From Verrucomicrobiota bacterium (GTDB lineage: Bacteria; Verrucomicrobiota; Verrucomicrobiia; Chthoniobacterales; Chthoniobacteraceae), in NCBI GenBank assembly GCA_037141555.1, contig JBAXCI010000001.1, positions 1 to 39,674 of the forward strand: DNA of 39,674 nt, given 5' to 3'. The position numbers and the translations under genes are program-made. Within the stretch, counting starts at the first letter, position 1. Each line of letters starts with the position of its first letter. The notes under the pieces were generated by a model. It had not been told where the DNA came from and ran no database searches. It worked only from the letters and a program-made list of their open reading frames with translations. Shown here piece by piece: positions 17,237 through 25,419 of this stretch.

Positions 17237-17272
17237 CAATGTAGTCAACCCCAAACAGGAGGAAAAAACCAA

Positions 17273-17845
17273 ATGCAAGTAGCGAATGTAAACCTGCCCA
17301 TCAAAGTCACCGGCCGGCACGTGAACGTCACGGAACCGATCAAAGACTACGCCGTCAAGAAGGTGGAAGGCCTTCACCTCGATTACCCGCGCATCATCGA
17401 AGCGCAGGTCATCCTGGACGTTCAAAAATACCGTCAACTGGCCGAAGTGATCCTCCACTGCGCCAACCACATCACCATCGAAGCGACCGCCGAGTCCACG
17501 GACCTGTACGCCTCCATCGACGAAGTGATGAACAAGATCGCGCAGCAGATGCGCAAGTACAAGACCCGGATCATGCGTCAACACCGCCCCCGCCACGGCG
17601 AGGTGCAGCAAATCGACGCCCAGATCCTCAACGTGGAAGGTTTTGAAGAACACGAGATGATCCCGAGCGTCATCCAAACCGAGAAATACTCGGTCAAGCC
17701 GATGTTTCTCGACGAAGCGGTCCTCCAGTTGGAAGTATCCGATCGTCCGCTGGTTGTCTTCACCAACGCGGAGACAAACAAGATGAATGTGGTTTACCGC
17801 CGCAAAGACAAACGCATCGGGCTCATCGAGCCGAACCTCCCCTAG
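17273..17845 (+). CDS. hpf: Ribosome hibernation promoting factor (long form)
   Basis: PIKVTGRHVNVTEPIKDYAVKKVEGL...DLYASIDEVMNKIAQQMRKYK plus a C-terminal dimerisation domain. AGGAGG lies upstream. Confidence 0.92.
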   Translation: MQVANVNLPIKVTGRHVNVTEPIKDYAVKKVEGLHLDYPRIIEAQVILDVQKYRQLAEVILHCANHITIEATAESTDLYASIDEVMNKIAQQMRKYKTRIMRQHRPRHGEVQQIDAQILNVEGFEEHEMIPSVIQTEKYSVKPMFLDEAVLQLEVSDRPLVVFTNAETNKMNVVYRRKDKRIGLIEPNLP

Positions 17846-17873
17846 GCAGATTGCCCCCCGCAAAAACGCCTGG

Positions 17874-18827
17874 ATGAAACCCAAGGGAAAATACCCGACG
17901 ATCACCGTCGGCGAGTTCTATACCCGCCACGCCGAGGAGCTCTCCATGAGCCTCCTCGGTTCGGCGTCCGGTTTTGACCGGATGATCAAAGAACCGACGA
18001 TCAATCGACCGGGCCTCGCGCTCTCGGGATTCTTCGACTACTTCGCCGCAAAGCGCATCCAGGTATTGGGAAGCGCGGAGTTGGCCTACCTGCGAAAACT
18101 CTCGACACAGGAGGTGCGGGAACGGATCAAAGAAGTCGTCCGCCGCCGCATCCCCTGCCTCGTCATCGCCCGGGGAAACCGGCCTCCCAAACATCTATTG
18201 GAAGTCGCGGAGGCCGGGGGCATTTCCGTATTCCGGACCAAGCTGGTAACGATGAATTTCATCAACGCCGCCACCCTGGTTCTGGAAAGCGCCTTTGCCC
18301 CCACCACCACCGAGCACGGCAGCATGGTGGACATCCTGGGCGTGGGGACGCTCGTGCGAGGCTCCGCGGGGATCGGCAAGAGCGAATGTGTTCTCGGGCT
18401 GCTCGAACGCGGTTATCCGCTCGTCAGCGACGACGTCACCCGCTTGCGATTGCTCGACGGGCGGCATCTCGTGGGCACCGCGCCGGAATTGACGCGCCAC
18501 CACATGGAGGTGCGCGGAGTAGGCATCATCAACGTCTCCTCCATGTTCGGCATCCGGGCTGTCCGGGTGGAAAAGATGCTCGATCTCATTGTTACTTTAA
18601 AAGACTGGCAAGAACTGGAAGAGCCGGATAGAATAGGCCTCAACCAACAATTTCATGAGATATTGGGCGTTCAAGTCCCGCATATAACCATTCCCGTGCG
18701 TATCGGCCGCGATCTATCGCGCCTCGTAGAGGTCGCAGCTCTGGATCAGAAGCTCAAAAGCATGGGAGAAAACAGTGCGAAGGAATTTAACGACCGCCTC
18801 TTGAATTCAATGCAAAGAAAACGGTGA
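17874..18827 (+). CDS. hprK: HPr kinase/phosphorylase
   Basis: P-loop GSAGIGKSECVLGL and MEVRGVGIINV. The ATG at 17874 lies just after the hpf stop. Confidence 0.92.
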   Translation: MKPKGKYPTITVGEFYTRHAEELSMSLLGSASGFDRMIKEPTINRPGLALSGFFDYFAAKRIQVLGSAELAYLRKLSTQEVRERIKEVVRRRIPCLVIARGNRPPKHLLEVAEAGGISVFRTKLVTMNFINAATLVLESAFAPTTTEHGSMVDILGVGTLVRGSAGIGKSECVLGLLERGYPLVSDDVTRLRLLDGRHLVGTAPELTRHHMEVRGVGIINVSSMFGIRAVRVEKMLDLIVTLKDWQELEEPDRIGLNQQFHEILGVQVPHITIPVRIGRDLSRLVEVAALDQKLKSMGENSAKEFNDRLLNSMQRKR

Positions 18828-19135
18828 TGGGCCTATTAAGCCGCAAAACAACAAGTAATCAGGATCAAACGATCGCCAAAGAGTTCACGATTTTGAACCG
18901 ACTCGGGCTGCATGCGCGCCCCTCGGCGATGTTTGTGAAAATCTCCAACCGGTACAAATCGGAGATCTGGGTGGAGAAAGACGGAGAGCAAGTCAACGGC
19001 AAGAGCATCATGGGACTCATGATGTTGGCTGCCGGGCAAGGCTCCAAACTGCTGGTCACCTGCGAAGGAGGAGACGCCGAACAGGCGTTGGCTGAAATCG
19101 AGGCGCTCATTATCCGGCGTTTCGACGAAGAATAG
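18827..19135 (+). CDS. ptsH: Phosphocarrier protein HPr
   Basis: GLHARPSA (His15 context) and NGKSIMGLM (Ser46 context). The ATG overlaps the hprK TGA (TGATG). Confidence 0.92.
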   Translation: MGLLSRKTTSNQDQTIAKEFTILNRLGLHARPSAMFVKISNRYKSEIWVEKDGEQVNGKSIMGLMMLAAGQGSKLLVTCEGGDAEQALAEIEALIIRRFDEE

Positions 19136-19192
19136 GGCTGAATCGGCGGCAGGGGCGGCACTTGTGCTGCCGGTCGCTGCCCGAGCCTCCAG

Positions 19193-19423
19193 TCAGACCC
19201 TGTCGTGGATTCCCACCACTCCGGCATGGGTGGCGCAGTGGGCGCAACAATAGACCTCGTCCCCGGATTGGACGCCGTGCCCTATCACCTTGCACCCGCA
19301 GCGGGCGCACTCGGGCGCGAGCGCGTGAATCGCACACTCGAAGCTGTCGTAGTGGTACCTATTGCCCTCCACGATCACCTCAATGGGCTTGTCGTAATCG
19401 TTACCGCAAACTTCGCATTTCAT
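19193..19423 (-). CDS. Small Cys/His-rich putative metal-binding protein
   Basis: 76 aa: MKCEVCGNDYDKPIEV...DSFECAIHALAPECARCGCKVIGHG...YCCAHCATHAG, with 10 Cys including paired CxxC-type motifs. I recognise it as a recurrent conserved hypothetical but cannot name the family. Confidence 0.7.
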   Translation of the reverse strand: MKCEVCGNDYDKPIEVIVEGNRYHYDSFECAIHALAPECARCGCKVIGHGVQSGDEVYCCAHCATHAGVVGIHDRV

Positions 19424-19496
19424 ATACCCACACTACGGCAGGGCGGCCCGAACCGGGTGCACTCTCCTCCTCGTCGGTATTTCCCCGAGCGCTAGT

Positions 19497-19925
19497 CTAA
19501 CCTTTGGCCATCGGCCAGAAAGTCGGCAACTGGCGACACCGTCTTCTGAAACGGTTCTGCGGGTTGTACCAAAGCAGGATCGCCAACACCGCGAAAACGT
19601 GAAACACGAACCCGCTCAGGAACCAGAGGATCGTGTTGCGCTGGCAGTTCCGGGCCCATATCGCACAAAACGCCCCAAACAAGAACATCACCACGAACGC
19701 AGTGGCAACATGGCAAACGAGTTTGTTTTCCGCCGCGGCCCGGGTTTCGATCAGCCGCAATTGAGCCGAACTCTGCTGTTCCGGCGAGACAGGGTGCACC
19801 TCGTATTTAAGAACCTCTGTGCCGGGCTCATCCCGCAAAGCCGCGCCGACGGTCAAACAAAGCGCGAAGAGAACCGTGCAGAATACCGAGAGAACCCTCG
19901 CAATAAGATGGGTGGAGCGGCTCAT
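19497..19925 (-). CDS. Hypothetical membrane protein
   Basis: About 3 TM helices. The ATG at 19925 (MSRSTHLIARVLSVFCTVLF...) is preferred over the GTG at 19964. Confidence 0.5.
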   Translation of the reverse strand: MSRSTHLIARVLSVFCTVLFALCLTVGAALRDEPGTEVLKYEVHPVSPEQQSSAQLRLIETRAAAENKLVCHVATAFVVMFLFGAFCAIWARNCQRNTILWFLSGFVFHVFAVLAILLWYNPQNRFRRRCRQLPTFWPMAKG

Positions 19926-20027
19926 CTCCCGCTTTTTAAAAACGATTTTGAAATTTCTTCCCACAAGCGCGGACTTGTAAGGGGGTTTCGTTCAATTATC
20001 AACTCCGAATTAACCAAAAGAATCCCC

Positions 20028-20921
20028 CTATTCTCTCGGTTCTGTTCCCTCGGCTCTCTCGGCCAGGATCTCCGCCTGGGCGGCACACCAGCATCCGCCA
20101 AAAATGATCACCGTGCCGGAGAGATAAATCCACATCAGCACCGCCACCACGCTGCCCAGGGTGCCGTAGAGGGCGTTGAATTTGGCGAAATTGGCGGCAT
20201 AGAAAATGAAGCCCTTGATGAGCAACTGCAACAACAGCGATACCAGCAAAGCCGCAATCCAGACTTCCTTGAGCGCGGTTTTTCGCCGGGGTGCGTATTT
20301 GTAGAACATCACCAAACCGTAAAAAAGCACCAGCCAGGGGAGCGTAAGCCGGGTCAGCCGAAAAGAATATTCGACCACTTCATAACCGGCGTGCCCGTGC
20401 CAATACGCCTCAATGCCTTTCATCACCACCGGGGCGACCACGCCGAGCAAAAGCGTGCTGCCCAGAATCGCCACCATCCCCAAGTTTGCCAGCGGCAGAT
20501 GCCACCAGGCGTATTCTTTGGTGCCCCACGCCCGGTTGACCCCATGCACCAGCGCCTGGAAAAAGCGGAGCGAACTCCACGCCAACGCCAGCAATGCCAC
20601 GACTCCCGCTTGCCCGCGCGATTGCAGCACGCCATTGAGGGTCTGGATGACGACATTCTGCTCGTTCGGGCTGACCGGGATGTAGGTGCTCACAAACCCG
20701 AGCACCTGGCTGGCAACGACTTCCTTATTTCCCAGGATCATTGTCCCCACCGAAATGAACAGCAGCAGCAGCGGGAAAAGCGCAAAAAAGGCATAGTAGG
20801 CGAACGAGGCGGCGCGAAATTCGCCGTCCGTCTCGACGTATTTGGAAACCGTCCGAACGATGATTTTCCAGACACACAGGCTCCCATCGGCCACTTTTGT
20901 CCAGACTCTCTTAAGACTCAT
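20028..20921 (-). CDS. YihY/BrkB family membrane protein
   Basis: FAYYAFFALFPLLLLFISV..., multiple TM helices, and the typical YihY length and topology. Confidence 0.85.
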   Translation of the reverse strand: MSLKRVWTKVADGSLCVWKIIVRTVSKYVETDGEFRAASFAYYAFFALFPLLLLFISVGTMILGNKEVVASQVLGFVSTYIPVSPNEQNVVIQTLNGVLQSRGQAGVVALLALAWSSLRFFQALVHGVNRAWGTKEYAWWHLPLANLGMVAILGSTLLLGVVAPVVMKGIEAYWHGHAGYEVVEYSFRLTRLTLPWLVLFYGLVMFYKYAPRRKTALKEVWIAALLVSLLLQLLIKGFIFYAANFAKFNALYGTLGSVVAVLMWIYLSGTVIIFGGCWCAAQAEILAERAEGTEPRE

Positions 20922-20990
20922 TTTGAGCCATTATAAGAGTCTTTGTGGACGTGGCGAGAGGTTTTGCTACCCGCCCCCGGGGCAACCACC

Positions 20991-21512
20991 TTAACTTTCC
21001 GATCCCGCCTTCCGCTTTTCTCCGAAAAACGACCGGAGCAGCCCCCGGCATTCCTCAAACCGGACGTTGTTTGTGATCTCGCACTGATGGTTGAGGCTCG
21101 GGTTTTGCAAAATATTGAAGAGCCCGCCCGCGCCGCCGCCCTTTGCGTCCGGGCAGCCGAAAACAACCCGCGCCAGCCGCACGTGGACGATCGCCCCGGC
21201 GCACATCGGGCACGGCTCCTTGGTCACGAAGAGCTCGCACTCGTTGAGCCGCCAGTTGCCGATGACGCTCTCCGCCTGCGTGATGGCCAGCATTTCGGCG
21301 TGCGCCGTGGCGTCCTGGAGCTGCTCGACCTGGTTGAACGCCCTGGCGATGATCCGCCCTTTGTGGGTGATGACCGCGCCGATGGGCACCTCGTCCGCCG
21401 CGTAGGCGCGCTGGGCCTGGCGGAGCGCTTCGCCCATGAAATAGGTGTCGCTTCGCAGGTCGATGATCGGCTCGCAGTCGGGGCTCAGGCCGGGGTTGAG
21501 TTCGAAATCCAT
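20991..21512 (-). CDS. tadA: tRNA-specific adenosine deaminase
   Basis: Deaminase motifs HAEMLAI and PCPMCAGA. The start is ATG 21512 or ATG 21527. The longer track ORF is an upstream extension with poor composition. Confidence 0.9.
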   Translation of the reverse strand: MDFELNPGLSPDCEPIIDLRSDTYFMGEALRQAQRAYAADEVPIGAVITHKGRIIARAFNQVEQLQDATAHAEMLAITQAESVIGNWRLNECELFVTKEPCPMCAGAIVHVRLARVVFGCPDAKGGGAGGLFNILQNPSLNHQCEITNNVRFEECRGLLRSFFGEKRKAGSES

Positions 21513-21556
21513 GCCTCTCTCTACCATATTTTTTACCCTTGGAGAGCGATTTCTAT

Positions 21557-21584
21557 TTGCTAAGGGGTGAAAATGGGTTAAATA
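21557..21584 (+). promoter_or_regulatory. Candidate sigma-70-type promoter for rplS
   Basis: TTGCTA (21557-21562), a 16-nt spacer, then TAAATA (21579-21584), about 35 nt upstream of the rplS ATG. Sequence pattern only. Confidence 0.4.
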
Positions 21585-21618
21585 ACCCGGCTCTTTTCCA
21601 ACTTTAGAGCCCACGACC

Positions 21619-21966
21619 ATGAATATCATCCAGACGATCGAAAAGGAACAACTCAAACCCGAAGTAACCGCTTTCAAAGTGGGTGACAGCGTCCGGGTCC
21701 ACACACGCGTTGTCGAAGGCGACAAGGAACGCATCCAGATTTTTACCGGCATTGTGATCGCCCGCAAAGGCTTTGACTTGAACGCCTCCTTCACCGTCCG
21801 CCGCATTTCCTACGGCGAAGGCGTGGAACGCGTTTTCCCGGTCCACTCGCCCCGCATCGCGAAGATCGAGGTCGAAAAAGCCGGCATCGCACGCCGCGCC
21901 AAGCTGAACTACCTGCGCAACCGCAAAGGCAAGTCCGCTATGGCCGTTCGCGAGAAGGGCATCTAA
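21619..21966 (+). CDS. rplS: 50S ribosomal protein L19
   Basis: [51 protein letters not shown] matches the L19 pattern. Confidence 0.96.
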   Translation: MNIIQTIEKEQLKPEVTAFKVGDSVRVHTRVVEGDKERIQIFTGIVIARKGFDLNASFTVRRISYGEGVERVFPVHSPRIAKIEVEKAGIARRAKLNYLRNRKGKSAMAVREKGI

Positions 21967-21975
21967 ATTACCGCC

Positions 21976-22599
21976 ATGCGGTGTTCATTCCGGCACGAGC
22001 GCGCACTGCGCAGAGCGGGGGTGGAGATCATCGCGGGCATTGACGAAGCGGGCCGCGGCCCACTGGCAGGTCCAGTGGTCGCGGCTGCTGTCGTTTTGCC
22101 GGAACGCTTCCGGCACAAGTCGCTCACCGATTCCAAACAACTCAGCGCGGCAGTCCGCGAGGAGATTTACGCGGAGCTGACGGCGGAGGGTCGCGGCATC
22201 ACCTGGGCCGTTTCCGTCGCCGGGCACGAGGAGATCGACCGCATCAACATTCTGCGCGCCACGCATCAGGCGATGCGCCGGGCCGTGACCGCGCTCGCGC
22301 TCGCGCCCCAACACGTCTTGATCGACGGCCTGCCTGTCCGCCCCTTCCCCATCCCGCAAACGGCGCTGGTGGGCGGCGACGGCCTGAGCCTCTCCATCGC
22401 GGCGGCGAGCGTCATCGCGAAAGTCACGCGCGACCGGATCATGCAGGAGATGGACGCGCTCTATCCCAAGTATCAATTTTCCCAACACAAAGGCTATGGA
22501 ACCGCGCTGCATCTTGCTATGCTGCGCGTCCATGGGCCTTGTCCGATCCATCGTCGCAGTTTTCTCCCGGTTCGCCAGGCGCAGCTCGAGCTTCTCTGA
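21976..22599 (+). CDS. rnhB: Ribonuclease HII
   Basis: AGIDEAGRGPLAGPVVAAAV, DSKQLS and HKGYGT motifs. Confidence 0.93.
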   Translation: MRCSFRHERALRRAGVEIIAGIDEAGRGPLAGPVVAAAVVLPERFRHKSLTDSKQLSAAVREEIYAELTAEGRGITWAVSVAGHEEIDRINILRATHQAMRRAVTALALAPQHVLIDGLPVRPFPIPQTALVGGDGLSLSIAAASVIAKVTRDRIMQEMDALYPKYQFSQHKGYGTALHLAMLRVHGPCPIHRRSFLPVRQAQLELL

Positions 22600-22975
22600 T
22601 CCGCGCCACGCGTTGGGCCATCGCGGCGAGCAGATTGCAGCCAAACATTTGCGCCGCCTCGGCTACAAGGTGCTTTATCGCAACTACCGCGCGCCCAAAG
22701 GCGGCGAGGTCGATCTGGTCTGCCGCGAAGGCGACACGCTGGTTTTTGTGGAAGTGAAAACGCGCAGCTCCGAAGCGTTCGGCGCGCCGGCGCAAGCGGT
22801 GACGCGCCCCAAACAACGGCTCATCGCGCGGGGAGCGCTCGCCTGGCTCAAGCTGCTCGGCAACCCGGATATTTGCTTTCGCTTCGACATCGTGGAGGTG
22901 CGCATGACCGGCAAAAAAGCGGAAGCGAGCGTGATCCGCAACGCCTTCGGGCTGCCGGAGCCGTATCGGTATTAA
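22532..22975 (+). CDS. yraN: YraN family (UPF0102) endonuclease-like protein
   Basis: LGHRGEQIAAKHLRRLGYKVLYRNYR...GEVDLVCREGDTLVFVEVKTRS...FDIVEV. The start is uncertain: ATG 22532 overlaps rnhB by 68 nt, and an in-frame TTG at 22613 is an alternative. Confidence 0.85.
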   Translation: MGLVRSIVAVFSRFARRSSSFSDPRHALGHRGEQIAAKHLRRLGYKVLYRNYRAPKGGEVDLVCREGDTLVFVEVKTRSSEAFGAPAQAVTRPKQRLIARGALAWLKLLGNPDICFRFDIVEVRMTGKKAEASVIRNAFGLPEPYRY

Positions 22976-22982
22976 ATAAGGA

Positions 22983-23009
22983 AGCCTTGCCGGACGGTCC
23001 GGCAAGGCT
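22983..23009. terminator. Hairpin between the convergent yraN and H1-like genes
   Basis: Stem agccttgccgg / ccggcaaggct. On the minus strand it is followed by CCTTATTTAAT. There is no T-tract on the plus strand. Confidence 0.55.
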
Positions 23010-23037
23010 TGTCTAAAACAGTATTACTTTGAATCGA

Positions 23038-23775
23038 CTAAGCGGCTTCCAGCTTGTATTTCGCCGGGCCGACTTTCTTGATTGCGGCGACCTTTTTGCC
23101 GGTCGTTACAAACCAGACATAGACGTTCTTGTAGTTGGCGTTGAGCTTTGCAGCCAGGTCTTTGATCGTGATGCCAGCCGCGCCCGCATTCTTCAATTCG
23201 TCAAGAATCTGCGCTTTCAACTGACCGCGTTCCGCCTTAACAACTTTGCTTTTTTTAACAACCTTGGTGGCTTTGGCGGGCTTGGGAGCTTTGGCTGCTT
23301 TGGCTGCTTTGGCTTTCTTTACAGCTTTGATTTTCTTAGCTGGTTTCGGAGCGGCAGCGGGTGCTTTGCCGTTGAGTGCATAGCGAGCGGCGCCGACTTT
23401 CTTAAGCCCCGCAATTTTCTTAATATTAGCGGCGAACCAGGAATGTATATTGGCTGACTTAATGCCAATGCGTCCGGCCAATTCCTTTACACTGGCGCCC
23501 GCGCTTCCCGAGGCATTCAACATCTCCAGTATCTGGCCTTTCAATTCGCCACGGCCCTTGCGCTGCTGTTTGAATGTTGTCTTTTGCGCAGGAATCCGCA
23601 GTGCCTTAGCGGCGCCAGTTCCATAAAGCTCGTCTTGAATACGGGCGAGCCGCTCATTGACCACAGTGATGTTACTGACCAACGAGGCGCGTTTTTCCTC
23701 AAGAGCAATCATCTCTTTGAGGCGTGCGATTCGGATATTGGGATGCTTCATGGGGGAGATATATTTCAAACTCAT
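23038..23775 (-). CDS. Lys/Ala-rich histone-H1-like protein with two tandem winged-helix-like repeats
   Basis: 245 aa with an N-terminal coiled coil. Repeat 1 (aa 75-134) and repeat 2 (aa 182-242) share RGxLKxQILxxL...AG..(V/I)K(E/D)LA...WF...KK(I/V)A..KKVG.A(R/K)Y.L. The linker is KAPAAAPKPAKKIKAVKKAKAAKAAKAPKPAKATKVVKKSKVVKA. Confidence 0.75.
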   Translation of the reverse strand: MSLKYISPMKHPNIRIARLKEMIALEEKRASLVSNITVVNERLARIQDELYGTGAAKALRIPAQKTTFKQQRKGRGELKGQILEMLNASGSAGASVKELAGRIGIKSANIHSWFAANIKKIAGLKKVGAARYALNGKAPAAAPKPAKKIKAVKKAKAAKAAKAPKPAKATKVVKKSKVVKAERGQLKAQILDELKNAGAAGITIKDLAAKLNANYKNVYVWFVTTGKKVAAIKKVGPAKYKLEAA

Positions 23776-23989
23776 ACATATCTAGCAAGCTATTTTTAAT
23801 AGTAATTAATGTGATCCAGCGACGCATTGGCTTTCAATTTATGTTTTAAGCAGCCCCCACCGTTTTGCATTACGGGTGAATAAATGGGCGTTGCCAAAAA
23901 TGCTGTTCCGCCTGCTTTTGCGGACTGTTGCATGCGGAAGGCTTGCAGAAGCGGCGGTTTCGGCGCAATAGTAAGCTAACTTTTTAACT

Positions 23990-24211
23990 ATGCCGACTTA
24001 CATTTACGAGACCGTTGAAGAACCGAACACCCGGTTTGAGCTGAAACAAAGCATGCACGAGGAAGCGTTGACGCATCATCCCGAAACGGGCGCCCCTGTT
24101 CGCCGGGTGATTTCCGGCGGCTATGGAGTCCTTCAAAAAAGCGGCCCTCCGGCTCCCTCGAAACCCAAGGGCCACGGCTGCTGCGGGGGATCATGCGGGT
24201 GCGGTCACTAG
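23990..24211 (+). CDS. FmdB-family-like small protein lacking the zinc-ribbon cysteines, with a Cys-rich tail
   Basis: MPTYIYETVEEPNTRFELKQSMHEEALTHHPETGAPVRRVISGG aligns to the FmdB pattern MP.YEY.C..CG..FE..Q.M.....CP.CG..V.R.IS, but with T, E, H and T at the four Cys positions. The C-terminus is GHGCCGGSCGCGH. Confidence 0.65.
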   Translation: MPTYIYETVEEPNTRFELKQSMHEEALTHHPETGAPVRRVISGGYGVLQKSGPPAPSKPKGHGCCGGSCGCGH

Positions 24212-24221
24212 TCCCAAGGGC

Positions 24222-25415
24222 ATGTCGAAATCACGCTCGCCCCTCTATTTGATTTTCCTGACGGTCTTTATCGACCTGGTCGGGTTTGGCATCGTCATCC
24301 CCGTGCTTCCGCTGTATGCCAAACATTTCGGGGCAAGCGAAATGACGAATGGCTGGTTGGTAGGCATCTACTCGGCCATGCAGTTCCTGGCGACCCCGCT
24401 GCTGGGCAAGCTTTCAGACCGCGTGGGGCGGCGTCCGGTGTTACTGGTGAGCCTGCTGGGAACTGCCGTGGGCTTCTTCATCATGGGCGGCGCGCGGACG
24501 CTGGCCTGGTTATTTATCGCGCGCGTCATCGACGGCATCAGCGGCGGGAATATCTCCACGGCACAAGCCTATATCGCCGACGTGACCAAACCCGAAGAGC
24601 GTTCGAGGGCGATGGGGATGATCGGAGCGGCATTCGGCCTCGGCTTCATCTTTGGTCCGGCCATTGGCGGGGTGCTGGCTCAGTTTTCCATCAGCGCGCC
24701 GTTTTATTTCGCGGGGGCGCTGGCGGCTGTCAACGCCGTGCTGGTCTACTTGCGCCTGCCGGAAAGTCTGGCCCGCGAACACCGGGTCGCGCACGAAGAA
24801 ACCGCCTCGTTGCGCGAAGTTTTCCAACACGGCTGGCATCTGCCGGTGTTGATGGGAAGTTATTTTTTCGCGATCACCGGCTTCTCGATGATGACCACGA
24901 ATTTTGCGCTCTTTACTTCGGAGCGCTTCGGTTATGACGCCCGGCATAATGGCTATATCTTTGCCTTCGTCGGCCTGGTGGGAGCGGTGATGCAGGGCGG
25001 GGTGTTGCGCCGCGTATTAAAATATTTTACCGAGAAGAGCATCGCCGTTGTGGGGTGTGCCGTGCTGGCGCTGGGCCTTGTTTTCCTGCCGTTGAGCGGC
25101 GACTTGTCTTCGCTGCTCCTCTTTACCGCAGCCGTCGGCATAGGCAATAGCCTCATCACGCCCACGCTCAACGGGCTCGCCTCTCAAAGCGCCGACCGCA
25201 AATGGCAGGGCCGCGTGATCGGCTTGATGCAGTCGGCGGGAAGCCTCGCCCGCTGGGTGGGGCCGTTTTTGGCCGGATGGTTGCTTTCGCGGGATGCGGG
25301 CCACGCCCATCAACTCTACGGACGCACGCCGTTTTGGGCCGCAGCCGCGATTCTAGTTGTGGCGCTGCTTTGCACCCTGCGGTTGCCTTCAAAACCGATC
25401 AAAGCCAAGGAATAA
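24222..25415 (+). CDS. MFS transporter (DHA1/tetracycline-efflux-like)
   Basis: 12-TM profile and MFS motif A GKLSDRVGRRPVLL. The ATG at 24222 lies 10 nt after the preceding stop. Confidence 0.88.
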   Translation: MSKSRSPLYLIFLTVFIDLVGFGIVIPVLPLYAKHFGASEMTNGWLVGIYSAMQFLATPLLGKLSDRVGRRPVLLVSLLGTAVGFFIMGGARTLAWLFIARVIDGISGGNISTAQAYIADVTKPEERSRAMGMIGAAFGLGFIFGPAIGGVLAQFSISAPFYFAGALAAVNAVLVYLRLPESLAREHRVAHEETASLREVFQHGWHLPVLMGSYFFAITGFSMMTTNFALFTSERFGYDARHNGYIFAFVGLVGAVMQGGVLRRVLKYFTEKSIAVVGCAVLALGLVFLPLSGDLSSLLLFTAAVGIGNSLITPTLNGLASQSADRKWQGRVIGLMQSAGSLARWVGPFLAGWLLSRDAGHAHQLYGRTPFWAAAAILVVALLCTLRLPSKPIKAKE

Positions 25416-25419
25416 TGAG

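Noticed and set aside
19136-19192. GC-rich partial hairpin after ptsH as an intrinsic terminator
   Set aside because: The stem has mismatches (ggcggcac / gtgctgcc) and there is no T-tract on either strand. This is not enough to call a terminator.
23776-23989. Possible small ORF (about 31 aa, MGVAKNAVPPAFADCCMRKACRSGGFGAIVS) or ncRNA in the 214-bp gap upstream of the H1-like and FmdB-like genes
   Set aside because: There is no RBS, no conservation evidence and no clear structure. It is more likely a divergent promoter region.
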